Of a DNA stretch of 64,000 bases, positions 1 to 14,454 are shown piece by piece. A program made the position numbers and the translations under genes. Every line of letters begins with the position of its first letter. The first letter of the stretch is position 1. The notes below the pieces were generated by a model, which worked only from the letters and a program-made list of their open reading frames with translations, did not search any database and was not told the DNA's origin. The DNA is from Eledone cirrhosa (taxonomy: Eukaryota): positions 106,516,001 to 106,580,000 of the forward strand of contig OZ024742.1 of NCBI GenBank assembly GCA_964016885.1, written 5' to 3'.

Positions 1-7
1 ATATATA

Positions 8-797
8 TAAATATAATTCAGCGAGAATCGTATTTCGGCTGGTAGAAAAGCAAAACGAAACGCAAAATCGTAGAAATGCTGGCAAGCGCTCAATAGTTAA
101 AAAAGCTAAACAATATGTTAAAACGCCATACAAACTGAAAAAGTGGTTAAGAAGGCATTAACCACCTAAGCCAAAAAACAAATCAAGCTAAACAGGTCAA
201 ACAAAATAAATCATAAAAACCTGGACCCAAATGGAACTGGTGGTAAAATACAAATGCAGGGTTTCTATGACACCTAAATCAATAATACTGTCTGCTTAAA
301 ACTATAAGCTTTCAGCATAAAGATCGAACAAGGAATATCACGTTATCAACAGGTAATTTTGCTCTGTAACCAACTTTGCGAGTGACGCAGAGCTTAGTAA
401 ACGCACATGCGTGAGTCACAAGGGGAAATTCCCCATATTTTGGCAAATGAATTCAGTATGTGTATATCATACAAAAAATTGCATAGATAGCACAAATCGA
501 ATAAGCACTCAACCGGGTAGTTTTTAAAATAAACTTATGCAATTAATCTGTCAATAGAATTATTAACAGGTTAATTGTAAGACTCGGGAGATTAATACAA
601 ATATAATTCAGCGAGAATCGTATTTCGGCTGGTAGAAAAAGCGAAACGCAAAATCGTAGAAATGCTGGCAAGCGCTCAATAGTTAAAAAAAACTAGAGCT
701 AAACAATATGTTAAAACGCCATAGAAACTGAAATAGTAGTTAAGGAGGCATTAACCACCTAAGCCAAAAAACAAATCAAGCTAAACAGGTCAAACAA

Positions 798-805
<8 letters not shown>
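8..805 (-). mobile_element. Non-coding terminally redundant repeat unit (~590 bp period), PLE pLTR/retrozyme-like
   Basis: ~8-212 is repeated at ~598-805; flanked by (TA)n; contains an HHR-like motif on the minus strand. Confidence 0.55.
302..352 (-). ncRNA. Hammerhead-like motif, U3-A8 core variant
   Basis: Minus strand: CTG-TTGATAA-CGTGA..TTATGCT-GAAA-GCTTA-TAG; stem II weak. Confidence 0.4.
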
Positions 806-854
<49 letters not shown>

Positions 855-888
855 CAGTAGTGCTAAGTTTAATATTCTGATCGCAGAT

Positions 889-1725
889 TTGGTACGAGTG
901 ATGAAGAATGTGTCCCGCATGTGCGACCCAACAGAAATGGTAAGACACATTCAACACTTCATCAACCGCATGCAGTTCTCTGGCTACAACCAAAGAGACA
1001 GAGTCAGAGTATACGAAGGAGCCATGGAAAAGTATAAGACCCTCATAGAACTGGACATGAAAGGAATTTGCCCATTATACAGAAGTAAATCATGGAATAG
1101 CTTAGATAGGACTAGACATAAGATAGGGAAAGCCACCTCATGGTACGACAACCAGAGATACCAGAGTGTCATGTTAGTGGACGCCACCCCTGGATGGAAA
1201 TTAGCTAACCAGTGTAGAAAGGCCCTGAAAAAGACCCACTTAAAAATAAAGGTGGTAGAAAAGCCAGGAACCACCATAAAATCCCTGATCAGCAAAACCT
1301 ACCCTTTTAAGAAAACCCACTGTACCAATAGGAAATGTATCATATGTAAGGTCAAGCCCCGGATAAACTGTAAAACTAGAAACGTAGTCTATAGCATAAG
1401 ATGTACAGAGGGTACTTGCAGAAACATGACAACAACATACATAGGTGAGACAGCTCGTAGCATAGGTGAAAGGATAGACCAACACTGGGGGGAACTAAAA
1501 GGACGAAAAAACGGGTCAGTACTATACGAACATGCTAGACAACAACATGAAGGTAACATAGACAACATAGAAATTAGAATAATATCTAAACATAGAAATG
1601 ACCCAGCAAATAGGCAAATCAGAGAGGCCAGTGAAATAGAAATTAGAAGACCAAAGCTAAACAGAAAGAATGAATGGAATAACAACAACACCCAAACAAA
1701 CAACACTGACCCAAGAGAAGTATAA
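889..1725 (+). pseudogene. 5'-truncated Penelope-like element ORF: RT thumb/linker + GIY-YIG endonuclease (Nematis/Neptune-like)
   Basis: CTNRKCIIC..NCKTRNVVYSIRC..YIGETARSIGERIDQH..REASEI..LNRK; begins just after (TA)n. Confidence 0.85.
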
Positions 1726-1965
1726 ATAAGTAAATAAAATAAGATAAATAAATAAATAAATACATACACAAGCACAACAACAACAAGCACATAAACACAC
1801 ACTAGTCACCCATCACACAGCAAACATAACACTATACAAACACGCAAATGCATGCGCAAAGAAGACGAAATAAAATAAACAAACAAGCAAATAAATAAAT
1901 AAATATATAGACAGACTGAATAAAAATGGCGTAGACATACAACACAACAGGAGGAAAATATAACA

Positions 1966-2004
1966 CCACTGACGATGTTGCAGATGTGCAACGAAAGATT
2001 TAGG
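1966..2004 (+). ncRNA. Hammerhead-like motif in PLE 3' pLTR
   Basis: CTGACGA-T-GTTGCA gatg TGCAAC-GAAA; stems I/III imperfect. Confidence 0.5.
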
Positions 2005-2191
2005 ATAAACTATATATATGTGTTTGTGTCTATATTGTATCTGTATTATTTTTGACCGTCGGTCAGTCAATGGCAACATTGAGTAAGTTAGATTACCGAT
2101 ATAAAAGACAGCGAGAAGCGAAAACCAACCAAACAGTGAGTGTGTTCTGTTATTAATTCTGGCAATATTACACAAATATGACCCTCCCCAA

Positions 2192-2638
<447 letters not shown>

Positions 2639-2894
2639 AGAGTATTGAAGTTTGCTTGAAGCATTGTGGAACAATAAGTAAATATCTTTAAGTCGTTTGG
2701 AAGCCTCGACAATGGAAATGGGTAAATCTCCGGGTAACAAGGTCCGGTGGTGGGGAGAGAGATGTAAGTGGGTGTACGTTGAGATGCGTGGTGTGTATAA
2801 GATATGTGAGATGTGTAGAATGAAGGGAAGAGTATAAAGGATAAAATTAAAATAACAACACAAGAAAGAGTTACCTTGGGAGAGATTTAATAGT

Positions 2895-2930
2895 CCCTAT
2901 ATATTTCGGGTTCACATCCATCAACTGGGG
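2895..2930 (-). ncRNA. Degenerate hammerhead-like motif
   Basis: Minus: CCC-CAGTTGA-..-GAAA-TATATA-GGG; two core substitutions. Confidence 0.3.
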
Positions 2931-2984
2931 TTTTTTTCCGGGTGCTCACTTGATGTCAATGTGTCAAGAAAAATGTAAGAGAAG

Positions 2985-3212
2985 GAGGATACCTACGGAC
3001 CATTGATGAAAGGTTAACAGATCTAATCTCAAAGATACACATTCAACTTCATACCCGTTATAATTGCAGCTACATGTTATATACCAACTAGTCTGGACGA
3101 AAACATAACTAAACATGGATTGAAGGAACTTAGCTCTTTAATTCATAACCTACAATTGACCGCAATATCTGGAACCTTCAAAATTTACAAAGCATTCTTA
3201 CAATTCAAATAA
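2985..3212 (+). pseudogene. Degenerate C-terminus of an R4/Dong-like non-LTR element
   Basis: Translates ..IHNLQLTAISGTFKIYKAFLQFK*, resembling the REL-LINE C-terminal motif. Confidence 0.4.
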
Positions 3213-3337
3213 TGAGCGCTTGCATATGAGACAACGACAATTTCCCTTTATAACCTTGCCACCGGGAAGGTGGCCGGTCAAAAATAAACTCAAAATCCAG
3301 AGATAGAGATAACATACATGCACACATACATACATAA

Positions 3338-3432
<95 letters not shown>
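3338..3432. repeat. (GATA)n microsatellite
   Basis: Direct reading. Confidence 0.97.
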
Positions 3433-4115
3433 TGTGGTTATGTATCAGTATATATGTGTGTGTATCGTATGAGAGTATACGCTGTATAGCCGAGAAAAAA
3501 AGCTTAGTATTTGATAAGTATATACTAGCAGCTAACGAGACATGGGTTCACAACGACTGCTGACGTTCATTTTCCTTCATTGTGTTGTAAGGCATGGCAC
3601 TTAATTTTACATGCTTCAGTTGATGTAACTATCTTCTGGGAGATGATTGCTTACTATAGAGTGAAGATTTATCTGCCGTCCACTTTAACGCTACTGAATC
3701 CCACATCCAAGCACTGACTTTATGACCCCCTGTATAGCATGGAGATATTTATTGTAATCATATAATCATAAATACTGGTCGCTTGAAACGGTTGGCTCCC
3801 TCTCACTTGCAATATCTTTTTCTTACATTCCGAAAAAAGAAAAACAGATTTAACGCAAAAGAAGTTAGAAAATGTTTTACCATGTAAGATTTAAACTAGA
3901 GTTAAAGAGAAACATAGATGGAGGTTTAATGGATGTTAACGCCAGAAACGTGACACAGGCAATAGAATCCCAAAACCGAGTATTTGGGTACGCAGCAGTG
4001 ATATAAAATATCTTTCATTTTAATTAGTAGGGAGACAAGTCTTGTCGGAGAAAAAAATTGGTGGAAATGGCATTTGTAAACGAAATATACAGAACTGTTG
4101 TGCCTTGGTGAAAGA

Positions 4116-4184
<69 letters not shown>

Positions 4185-4227
4185 AAATAAACCAAAGAAG
4201 CCTTCAATACATCAAAAGTCTTTATTA

Positions 4228-4265
4228 GCCAACAATGTTTCGTCCTATTAAGGACTCATCAGGGC
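4228..4265 (-). ncRNA. Minimal type I hammerhead ribozyme
   Basis: GCC-CTGATGA-GTCC ttaata GGAC-GAAA-CATTG-TT-GGC. Confidence 0.8.
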
Positions 4266-4713
4266 AATTAAAGCTATAAGAAGCACTATCGGCCAATACA
4301 AGCCAAAAACTCAGAAGAATATGGCGTGTATATACATTTGTGCTTCTATTGATGGAAATGTGTATTGATATATATGTATATATGTGTACATATGTATATA
4401 TATATATATGTGTATATTGGGCCTTTTAATATTATTATTATTATTGTCATTATCAATTATATTATTTTATATTATATTATATTATATTATATATAGTACA
4501 ATAATTCCCGCTCTATATCACCACCTTTGTTTAGCTTTAGTTTTTGTATTTGACTATATTTGTAATATGGTTCAAAATGTTATTCACTTCCTTAGCAATT
4601 TTTACTTGATAATTTTTACCCGATAATCTTCCTATGCTTTAATGTATGTACACTCCATATTCTTCTGAGTTTTTGGCTTGTATTGGCCGATAGTGCTTCT
4701 TATAGCTTTAATT

Positions 4714-4751
4714 GCCCTGATGAGTTCTTAATAGGACGAAACATTGTTGGC
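4714..4751 (+). ncRNA. Minimal type I hammerhead ribozyme
   Basis: GCC-CTGATGA-GTTC ttaata GGAC-GAAA-CATTG-TT-GGC. Confidence 0.78.
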
Positions 4752-5232
4752 TAATAAAGACTTTTGATGTATTGAAGGCTTCTTTGGTTTATTTTCATAA
4801 TTCTTCGGCTCTGTTTAATTACATTGAGCTATACCTTTACTGTCATTTCTATAATACGAAGAGGGTGTTTAACTCCAACACACTCTAGTATTTTAATTCT
4901 TATATATATATATGTGTGTGTATGTAGAGAGAGAGAGAGAGTGTGTGTGTGTATGTGAGAAAGAGAGATTGGGAGATACCAATTTCGACTAGTAAGACCA
5001 TTGTTCGGCTAAGTACTCGATATATGGGAAAGTAGAGTATAGGTATTGTAAAGAGTTAGTTTCCACCGCCTGACCTCTTGCCGTTTCGACAGCCCGTCGG
5101 TAACTAACTCCTTGCATTATATATATATATATAATGCAAGGAGTAACTTTGCCTTTCATCCTTACGGGGTCGATAAAATAAAGTACCAGTAATGTACTGG
5201 GTAATTGCTGGCCTTGTGCCAAAAGTAGAAAC

Positions 5233-5300
<68 letters not shown>

Positions 5301-5304
<4 letters not shown>

Positions 5305-5480
5305 GTTTCTACTTTAGGCACAAGGCCAGCAATTACCCTGTGCATTACTGGTACTTTATTTTATCTACCCCGTAAGGATGAAAGGCAAGGTGAACCTCGG
5401 CGGGATTTGAACTCAGACGGTAAAGAGACGTAACTATGCTGGAAATCATGGCGTCCGACTCTCTACCGATACTGCCAATC
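5301..5480 (-). mobile_element. tRNA-derived SINE (Meta-domain-like; octopus OR-type)
   Basis: B box GAGTTCAAATCCC; GCCTTTCATCCTTACGGGGTNGATAAAATAAAGTACCAG core; a plus-strand partial copy lies at 5146-5236. Confidence 0.8.
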
Positions 5481-5639
5481 TACATATAATGCGTTGAAAT
5501 GTCGGTGACCTCTAGCAGATAACTGAAGAGAGGACTGTCCCTTGTTTGTGCTTCCCTTTTATTTCTAAATACACTTTGTCAAGTAACCACACAGCCCCTT
5601 GTTTCGTCTGTTTTTCCTATATATATATATATGTGTGTG

Positions 5640-5748
<109 letters not shown>

Positions 5749-6026
5749 TAAGATATCGGTATATAAAAATATATATATATGTATTTGCTGATATTTTCGA
5801 AACGGTGTGATCTCCCAAAACATCATTACTGGTAAATCAATTTGGATATCTTGTACAAAACACATACAGAACACATAATCCGTTAGAGCAATTAAATATT
5901 ACTTACTTTATATTAACAATATACAGTTCTACAACATGCCCAGACAGGCGCTGTTCCTGGTTCTAAATAGCATATTTTTAATCAAAGGTACTTTATTCGG
6001 GTTCATTATGTTTTAAGTACGCAAAT

Positions 6027-6213
6027 GGCGGTGGATTGGCAGTATCGGTAGAGGGTCGGACGACATGCTTTCCAGCATAGTTACGTCCCTTTACAATCTG
6101 AGTTCAAATCCCGCCGAGGTTGACTTTGCCTTTCATCCTTACGGGGTCGATAAAATAAAGTACCAGTAATGCACTGGGTAATTGCTGGCCTTGTGCCTAA
6201 AGTAGAAACAATT
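6027..6213 (+). mobile_element. tRNA-derived SINE, full copy
   Basis: A box TGGCAGTATCGG, B box GAGTTCAAATCCC, conserved core, 3' tail GCCTAAAGTAGAAACAATTA. Confidence 0.85.
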
Positions 6214-7374
6214 ATGTTTTAAGTACGCCAAGGTCTGCAGTTTCAGGACAGTTAAGACATTTTGAATTACAGAATTCCACTATAAGGTATCTTTCTTGAC
6301 CATTTAAAAATTTAACCATCACTACTAAGTAGTGATGCTCCTCACCCCATATGCTCAAGCGCCATTAGATGGCACTGAAGACCACTACGAGGTCCACTTA
6401 TAACCAATTAAATAAGCTTCTGTTTGTCATCTTGTTTTTCAGCATTCACTTCAAGATACCTAAAGTCAGCACTTTACGTGAAAACTCGCGTACCCATGTA
6501 TTGAGAGCATTATCGACTCTATAAAGTAAATAAACTTTAAATAATGCATTGATTAGTCTTTTTTTATTTGCAATCCAAAACGTACACATGCACAAGACTG
6601 AAATTAGCCCTCAGTGACCCCAACATCTTTTTTACATTGGAAAGCTCCCAGTTTCCAATGAGACTGGATCATCCAAGGATTATCCAATAAAGTGGGTCTG
6701 TTTCTTCCTGAGCCAGTATTTAGCAATGCTCTAGTGTATGCCATTTTTTTTAAGAGTATGCAGACAGTCATGTAAAAATCAAAGTATTGAACACTGATAA
6801 GCAAGGGTGGCAAAGTAATAAACTGTGAAAAAGAACATCGTATGCAAAGATATATTAAGATAAATATGAGTCCAGTTAAAATGCTGCAAGTTGCAATGGA
6901 ATTGAAACTAATCATGCAAATGTAAAGATTCTATATATTCTCTATATTGTTTTGTGTAAATTATTTGTATATAATGTAAAATAATTATGATAAAATATTG
7001 CGTAATAAGAAATATGCAATTATATATTGATCTTTCAACTTCCATATATTAAGTATTGCACAGATTGTTATTGTATATTTTTGTTTTATTTATTGCACAG
7101 GCAACAATAATATTTATATGCAATAAACATACTAATCACCCTTTTTTTTTAAATAGCTCCTCCTAATTTTTTTTATCCCTGGTATTTACACAGGGCCTGC
7201 TAGTATAATATAATGTATTAATAGATATCGGACGATATTATGTGTGGATGCGTACATAAATACAAACATGCACCTATAGTCTTATACTTACACATGTATA
7301 CGTAACTATATGCTATATATATATATATATATATATAAATATATGTGTGTGTGTGTGTGTGTGTATGTGCGTGT

Positions 7375-7575
7375 ATGACCCCGGGTTCAATTGGGGGTAA
7401 CCACAGTAAGAAGGTACTCAATACATTAGTAGAGTGTATACAACAAATTTAATATAGAAATAGTTTCTACAGGACTAGAACTGTTTCATTCGAATGAAAC
7501 AGTTCTAGTCCCGTAGAAGCCATTTATATATTAAGTTTGTTCTAGTTACTCCTGTTTTTCCTGTTACTATAATTA
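7375..7575 (-). mobile_element. PLE-type 3' fragment with fold-back centred in HHR stem II
   Basis: Palindrome 7442-7541 centred on TTCATTCGAATGAA; homologous to 29765-29880. Confidence 0.65.
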
Positions 7576-7587
7576 TATATATATATA

Positions 7588-8121
7588 TTATTTACGTCTT
7601 TCATATAATTGTTCTGCACCCCCCTGCATAGAACCACAAAGTTACTAAGACAAAACATATATATCTGCTAGCATAGGTATGCATCTGTATACATATGTCG
7701 GTAGATATATTAATTCTTTATAATTATCTCCAAATTATTTGTTGAGCAAAATTTGCCGAAATTACTACTGTGACTGATAGTAGTGGCTAGGCTCTGTCTT
7801 AATAGCACCCCCACTCCAAGCTGGTTAACCTCAGTGTCACGTGATTGATTCTTTTGAATTTGCCACTTGACCAAGAAGGCAGTGAATTTTTCAATGGCTT
7901 GGAATCTAGTCCCGCTCGCTTTTTTCCATCCACTGAATTATTTTTATATAAGTTCCCAGTGTCCCCGCACTGCCTGGAAGCTTAGCTGAGAATAGACTCC
8001 CTGTTGACGTAAGGCTTCTCTATAGTTATTACGTAACTATATTTATCCCCTTACAGAAACTAATTAGTTGGAGTGAAATTTTAGTAAATAAGTCAATTTT
8101 CATAACTTTCTTATTTACGTC

Positions 8122-8130
<9 letters not shown>
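7588..8130 (+). mobile_element. Terminally redundant 523-bp non-coding unit with one HHR (retrozyme-like)
   Basis: TTATTTACGTCTTTCATATA at both ends (7588, 8111); homologous to reverse complement of 44640-45323. Confidence 0.7.
7997..8073 (+). ncRNA. Hammerhead ribozyme with extended stem II (A6>U mutated copy)
   Basis: CTCC-CTGTTGA-cGTAAGG..CCTTACa-GAAA-CTAATTAG-TT-GGAG. Confidence 0.65.
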
Positions 8131-8192
<62 letters not shown>

Positions 8193-8197
<5 letters not shown>

Positions 8198-8530
8198 ATG
8201 ATATTAATAAATGGAAACTATTTTTATAAAACCCCATTTATTTTATTATATATATTTCAAGGGTACCAAAATTTTGGTACGCTCTCATCAGATAAAATAT
8301 AAAAGTTGTTTTATAGATATTGACATATCCAAAAAGTTCAGTTTAGATAGACTATCCAAACTGAACTTAAAACGATAAGTTCTTGTTCTTTTTGGATATG
8401 TCAATATTTATAAAACAACTTTTGTATTTTATCTGATGAGAGCGTACCAAAATATTGGTACCCTTGAAATATATATAATAAAATAAATATGGTTTTATAA
8501 AGATAGTTTCCATTTATTAATATCATTGAT
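8193..8530. mobile_element. Fold-back pLTR fragment related to the 22.5-27.2 kb PLE, with two inverted HHRs (8240-8298 minus, 8426-8484 plus)
   Basis: ~145-bp inverted arms; ATTTTAT-CTGATGA-GAGcGTACC..GGTACcCTT-GAAA-TATATA-TA-ATAAAAT. Confidence 0.8.
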
Positions 8531-8605
8531 TGTTATATATATATATATATTGTTATATATATATATATATATTGTTATATATATATATATTAATATCATT
8601 GATTG

Positions 8606-8948
<343 letters not shown>

Positions 8949-9095
8949 ATTAGAATACTGGAGCGTGTTTGAGTCAAACACCCTCTTCGTATTATAGAAA
9001 TGACAGTAAAAGGTATAGCTCAATGCAGTTAAACAGAGCCAAAAAATTAAGAGAGTAAAACAAAGAATCCTTTAATACATCAAAAGTTTTTATTA

Positions 9096-9133
9096 GCCGA
9101 CAATGTTTCGTCCTATTAAGGACTCATCAGGGC
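9096..9133 (-). ncRNA. Minimal hammerhead ribozyme (GUC)
   Basis: GCC-CTGATGA-GTCC ttaata GGAC-GAAA-CATT-GTC-GGC. Confidence 0.85.
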
Positions 9134-9490
9134 AATCAAAACAACAAGAGGTAATATCGGCAGATACAAGCCAGAAACGCTGAAGAATATGGAGTGTACA
9201 TACACTAATGTCTTACAAAGATATACGATAATAAAAATGAAAATAAAGATAAAAATAATAAAAATATATAATAACTAAGGATGTAGATAACATTAAGAAC
9301 CATATTACAAATATAGTCCAAAGCCACCAACCTAAATCTAAACAAATTTGGTTATATAGAGCAGGAATTATATATAACACAATATAATACATTATAATAA
9401 TAATATATTTATAATAATAATATATTTATACCAACATCAAAATTCCAAATTAAAAATCAAAAGGTACAATATATACATGTATATATGTGC

Positions 9491-9521
<31 letters not shown>

Positions 9522-11046
9522 ACAATACACATATCTATGTTCTATTACACAGAAATTAAGCCCTATTAGAAGTTTGAATATTAAAAATAAGCATGGTAAT
9601 AGTGAAAATAATACTAATACATCTACCCAATATACATGAGGCAATAATATGATATAATTACAAGAAACACATATAACAAATAATAAACAACAAAATTATA
9701 TAATTCAATACAATATAATAAAGTAGAATAGATAATCCCCGGTTAATTTACAGAAACAATATAGATGTCACAATGAAATACAATGATAAAATGTTAACAT
9801 TATATTAACAAGTACCATAAACAATATATACGAATTGATTCATACTGGGTTACATAATAAATGAGGAAATATAAATCATATAATACTCAAAAAAACTATA
9901 ATGGTACAGGGAAAAATTGTGATGTTACAGAAAAAATATGATGTTACAGAAAAAAATATACAGACATCTAACATGATATGTAAAGTCTAAATATCATAAT
10001 GTTACATATTACAATATTAAAAAAATCCAGACATCTTACATAATATATAAAGTTTAAATATCATAATGTTATATATAATGAACGGTAAGTAATAAGGATC
10101 TATATCATAATGTAATATATTTTTAAATTGGCATAAAATATATAAATACTTATAATGACAAGGTTAGTAGACAGACATGTGTGGATGAGTGAGCGAAGCC
10201 AGACAGTGAATAGTAAATAGAATATAGAATAAAACAAATAAATACAATCAACCGGAAATTACAAAACAAAAGCAAATGTATACACATTTAGGCCTCGCGT
10301 GCATTAAGAAATTAGGTAAACACCAAGGAAAGCGATCATTTTAAATGACTCCAAACCCTATCTGATAAATTAATATTAAAAATATCGAACCCGTCCAATA
10401 AGGTAGTATAATATTAGCTGTAGTTTAAGTCATTAAAGTATATAAACTTTAATGTATCATTACAAATGTTTACAAAAAGGAATAAAATTACACTATCATA
10501 TACGCAACGATATCTAAAAAACTGACTTAAGTAGAGTTAAGGTAGGCTAATGGGGACAGAATTGACAAAATATATGGAGGGTGCGAAGTGGCATAAAATA
10601 TATTCGATATACTATAATAAATAATAGAACGGAGCATAAAAGAGGGGGGGTTAAATATAATCATATTCAATCTGGAGGGGTTGACAATAAGTTTATGTGT
10701 GCATGGGGGGAGGGGGGAGAAAGGGGGGGGTGTCGATAGATAAATCAGAATAGACTTAGAAATAAAAATAGAATTAAAAATAAAACTAAAATTAATATTA
10801 AAATTAAAATTAAAATTAAAGTTAATAATAATAAAAAAAATATAAAGATAATAATAGAATAACGTAAGTGGCGTAAAGTGTGTAATCTTATGTATACTAA
10901 CAAGGTGTAATAGTGAAGACATAGATATGGTACAGTGGCCAAATGATTATGAGAGCTAGAATGAAGAGTCATCAAAAACCAATGATAACATTAATATTGG
11001 CAAACAAAAGAACCCAAACAAAAAACTAAGTAATGGAATATATCTG

Positions 11047-11330
11047 CTAATGGGTACAATTTGTACTACTAGAACATTTGGGTTTATAATAAAAATAAGA
11101 ATTAGAAATGGCATGGGGGCAAGAAGAGAATATCTCAGACATTCTATTCAGTAAGGGTACGCTAGAGAAAATAATAGAGTGTGTCTCAAGTATACAGAGA
11201 TTACAAAACTTACTATGTGCAGAAAGGTGGTTAGATCGTGCAACTAAACTCCAGTTAAGGCTATATGGTATATAAGCTCCCTTAAGATCCCAGATATAAT
11301 GCGCTAGAGAGGTAGAATTCTTAAACCTAA
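11047..11330 (-). pseudogene. Penelope GIY-YIG endonuclease C-terminal fragment
   Basis: NSTSLAHYIWDLK..W..CNLCILE..LLNRMSEIFSSCPH (CCHH-type PLE motif). Confidence 0.8.
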
Positions 11331-11348
11331 CATAGATATGTGTATTGT

Positions 11349-11464
<116 letters not shown>

Positions 11465-11818
11465 CATATATACATGTATATATTGTACCTTTTGATTTTT
11501 AATTTGGAATTTTAATGTTGGTATAAATATATTATTATTATAAATATATTATTATTATAATGTATTATATTGTGTTATATATAATTCCTGCTCTATATAA
11601 CCAAATTTGTTTAGATTTAGGTTGGTGGCTTTGGACTATATTTGTAATATGGTTCTTAATGTTATCTACATCCTTAGTTATTATATATTTTTATTATTTT
11701 TATCTTTATTTTCATTTTTATTATCGTATATCTTTGTAAGACATTAGTGTATGTACACTCCATATTCTTCAGCGTTTCTGGCTTGTATCTGCCGATATTA
11801 CCTCTTGTTGTTTTGATT

Positions 11819-11856
11819 GCCCTGATGAGTCCTTAATAGGACGAAACATTGTCGGC
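11819..11856 (+). ncRNA. Minimal hammerhead ribozyme (GUC)
   Basis: Inverted copy of 9096-9133. Confidence 0.85.
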
Positions 11857-11943
11857 TAATAAAAACTTTTGATGTATTAAAGGATTCTTTGTTTTACTCT
11901 CTTGATATATATATATATATGTATATATATGTATATATATATA

Positions 11944-11992
<49 letters not shown>

Positions 11993-11995
<3 letters not shown>

Positions 11996-12077
11996 CCTAT
12001 TACCCACTCTACTACCCTAAGTATTGAGTACTTTGGTGCGTTATGGTCCACCTGGTTCCTTACCACATTTCCTTCGT
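11993..12077 (+). mobile_element. 3' tail of short (TA)n-embedded repeat family (other copies at 29990, 52668, 52985, 58895)
   Basis: Reverse complement of GTGGTAAGGAACCAGGTGGACCATAACGCACCAAAGTACTCAATAC. Confidence 0.7.
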
Positions 12078-12125
12078 TATATATATATATATATTTACAT
12101 ATATATATATATACATACATATATA

Positions 12126-12158
<33 letters not shown>

Positions 12159-13020
12159 TTACATACATATATATATGTATATATATATATACATACATGC
12201 ACTCATAAATACATATTCGCGCACGCATAAATAATACATACATACACTTATGATAGACATACATAAATGCATATGTACCTACACATAAATTCATGAATGC
12301 ACACTTGCATACACACTTATACATACATACACACATACATATACATACATATACATACGTATATATATTCATACATTCATTGATACATAATTATATACAT
12401 ACATAAATTCATTCAAACATACATCCACACGTATATACATGCATATATACATATAAGCATGTACATACGTACCTTCATTCATTTATACATGCATACATGC
12501 GTACATACAAATATACATACATAAATTTCATTGATACATACATACATATATATACATACATAAATTCATTCATACATATATACATATATATATACATACA
12601 TAAATTCATTCATACATACATACGTACACACATGCATATATACATATATGCATGCATACATACGTACATTCATTGATTCATAATTGCATACATACATACG
12701 TACAAATATACATACATAAATTTGTTGATACATACATACAAACATTTATATATACATAATTTCATTCATACATACATATATACATACATATATATATACA
12801 TACAAAAATTCATTCATACATACATACGTACACACATGTATATATACATATATGCATGCATACATACGTACATTCATTCATTCATTCATAATTGCATACA
12901 TACATACGTACATACGTACATACGTACAAATATACATACATAAATTCATTGATACATACATACAAACATATATACATACATAAATTCATTCATACATACA
13001 AATACATACATATATATATA

Positions 13021-13631
13021 CATGGTGGCTGCCAACTCGTTTTCGAGTACGGCCACTACTTTATATCCATGTAGGAGAACCCCTACCGATGCGCTGAACG
13101 AATGTGACTTTTTAGTCCAGCCAGCGACTTGAAAACTCTGGTACAAAGACTACACTTGTGACCATTATTGACACATAGTGCAGGGCCCATGGTACCATGT
13201 GATGACAAGTGCAGAGAGATCTCCAGATATAAAGCAATGCCTGTGCTGTGAAGCTTTTATAGTGAGCAAAGGCACTGCACAAAGCCAGTCCCACTCTCTT
13301 AACCAAGATGATATTTACCAAAAAGAAGAACAAGTCAACATCATTGGATACCATCAGGGTTGCAGGTGTTATATCAGAGTTTTCCTTCTCCTAGAATTCT
13401 GCCTTGACAAAGGCTAAGGGGTCATCTCTCCCGGTGATTTTGGATGGCTATTGAGTCTTAAGAGCTCCCTTGCCCTTTGACAGGTTTTGTTTTTAGTCCT
13501 GCAGGATGTCCAAAGTCACCCTCCTCACCAAGAAACCTTGGTGGGGTTGCCAGTTTAGTCGCCAACGACCCGACCATGAGACAGGTTGTACTGGGATACA
13601 TGTTACCAGTAGCACCAACTGGTGACCTGAC
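13021..13631 (-). mobile_element. ~610-bp interspersed repeat (RTE 5'-region-like/non-autonomous), copy 1
   Basis: Near-identical copies at 13834-14440 and 33607-34216, diverged copy at 30627-31148; strand inferred. Confidence 0.7.
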
Positions 13632-13833
13632 ATAATATACATACATATATACGTACACACATGCATATATACATATATGCATACATACGTACATTCATTC
13701 ATAATTGCATACATACATACATATATACATTCATACATACATAACCATAAATAGTATCCTTAATACATACATACATACATACATACATACATACATACAT
13801 ACATACATACATACATACATACATACATACATA

Positions 13834-14440
13834 CATGGTGGCTGCCAACTCGTTTTCGAGTACGGCCACTACTTTATATCCATGTAGGAGAACCACTACC
13901 GATGCGCTGAACGAGTGTGACTTTTTAGTCCAGCCAGCGACTTGAAAACTCTGGTACAAACACTACACTTGTGACAATTATTGACACATAGTGCTGGGCC
14001 AATGGTACCATGTGATGACAAGTGCAGAGAGATCTCCAGATATAAAGCAATGCCTGTGCCGTGAAGCTTTTATAGTGAACAAAGGCACTGCACAAAGCCA
14101 GTCCCACTCTCTTAACCAAGATGATATTTACCAAAAAGAAGAACAAGTCAACATCATTGGATACCATCAGGGTTGCAGGTGTTATATCAGAGTTTTCCTT
14201 CTCCTAGAATTCTGCCTTGACAATGGCTAAGGGGTCATCTCTCCCGGTGATTTTGGATGGCCATTGACTCTTAAGAGCTCCTTTGCCCTTTGACAGGTTT
14301 TGTTTTTAGTCCGGCAGGATGTCCAAAGTCACCCTCCTCACCCAGAAACCTTGGTGGGGTTGCCAGTTTAGTCACCAACGACCCGACCATGGGACAGGTT
14401 GTACTGGCATACATGTACCAGTAGCACCAACTGGTGACCT
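13834..14440 (-). mobile_element. ~610-bp interspersed repeat, copy 2 (local tandem duplication with TACA flanks)
   Basis: Same translated frames as copy 1. Confidence 0.7.
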
Positions 14441-14454
14441 AACACACACATACA

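Larger units (their letters stand above)
4181..4900 (+). mobile_element. PLE pLTR fragment with inverted partial copy
   Basis: 4181-4338 is the reverse complement of 4641-4800; same family as 8945-9210 and 11740-11903. Confidence 0.8.

Noticed and set aside
5522-5545. CTGAAGA followed by a small hairpin
   Set aside because: No GAAA or stem III; not a hammerhead
6027-6125. tRNA gene candidates (A/B boxes)
   Set aside because: These are SINE heads, multi-copy with a shared core, and lack a cloverleaf
6604-6915. 103-aa ORF with a hydrophobic N-terminus
   Set aside because: No recognisable domain or convincing splice signals; may be an old transposon remnant
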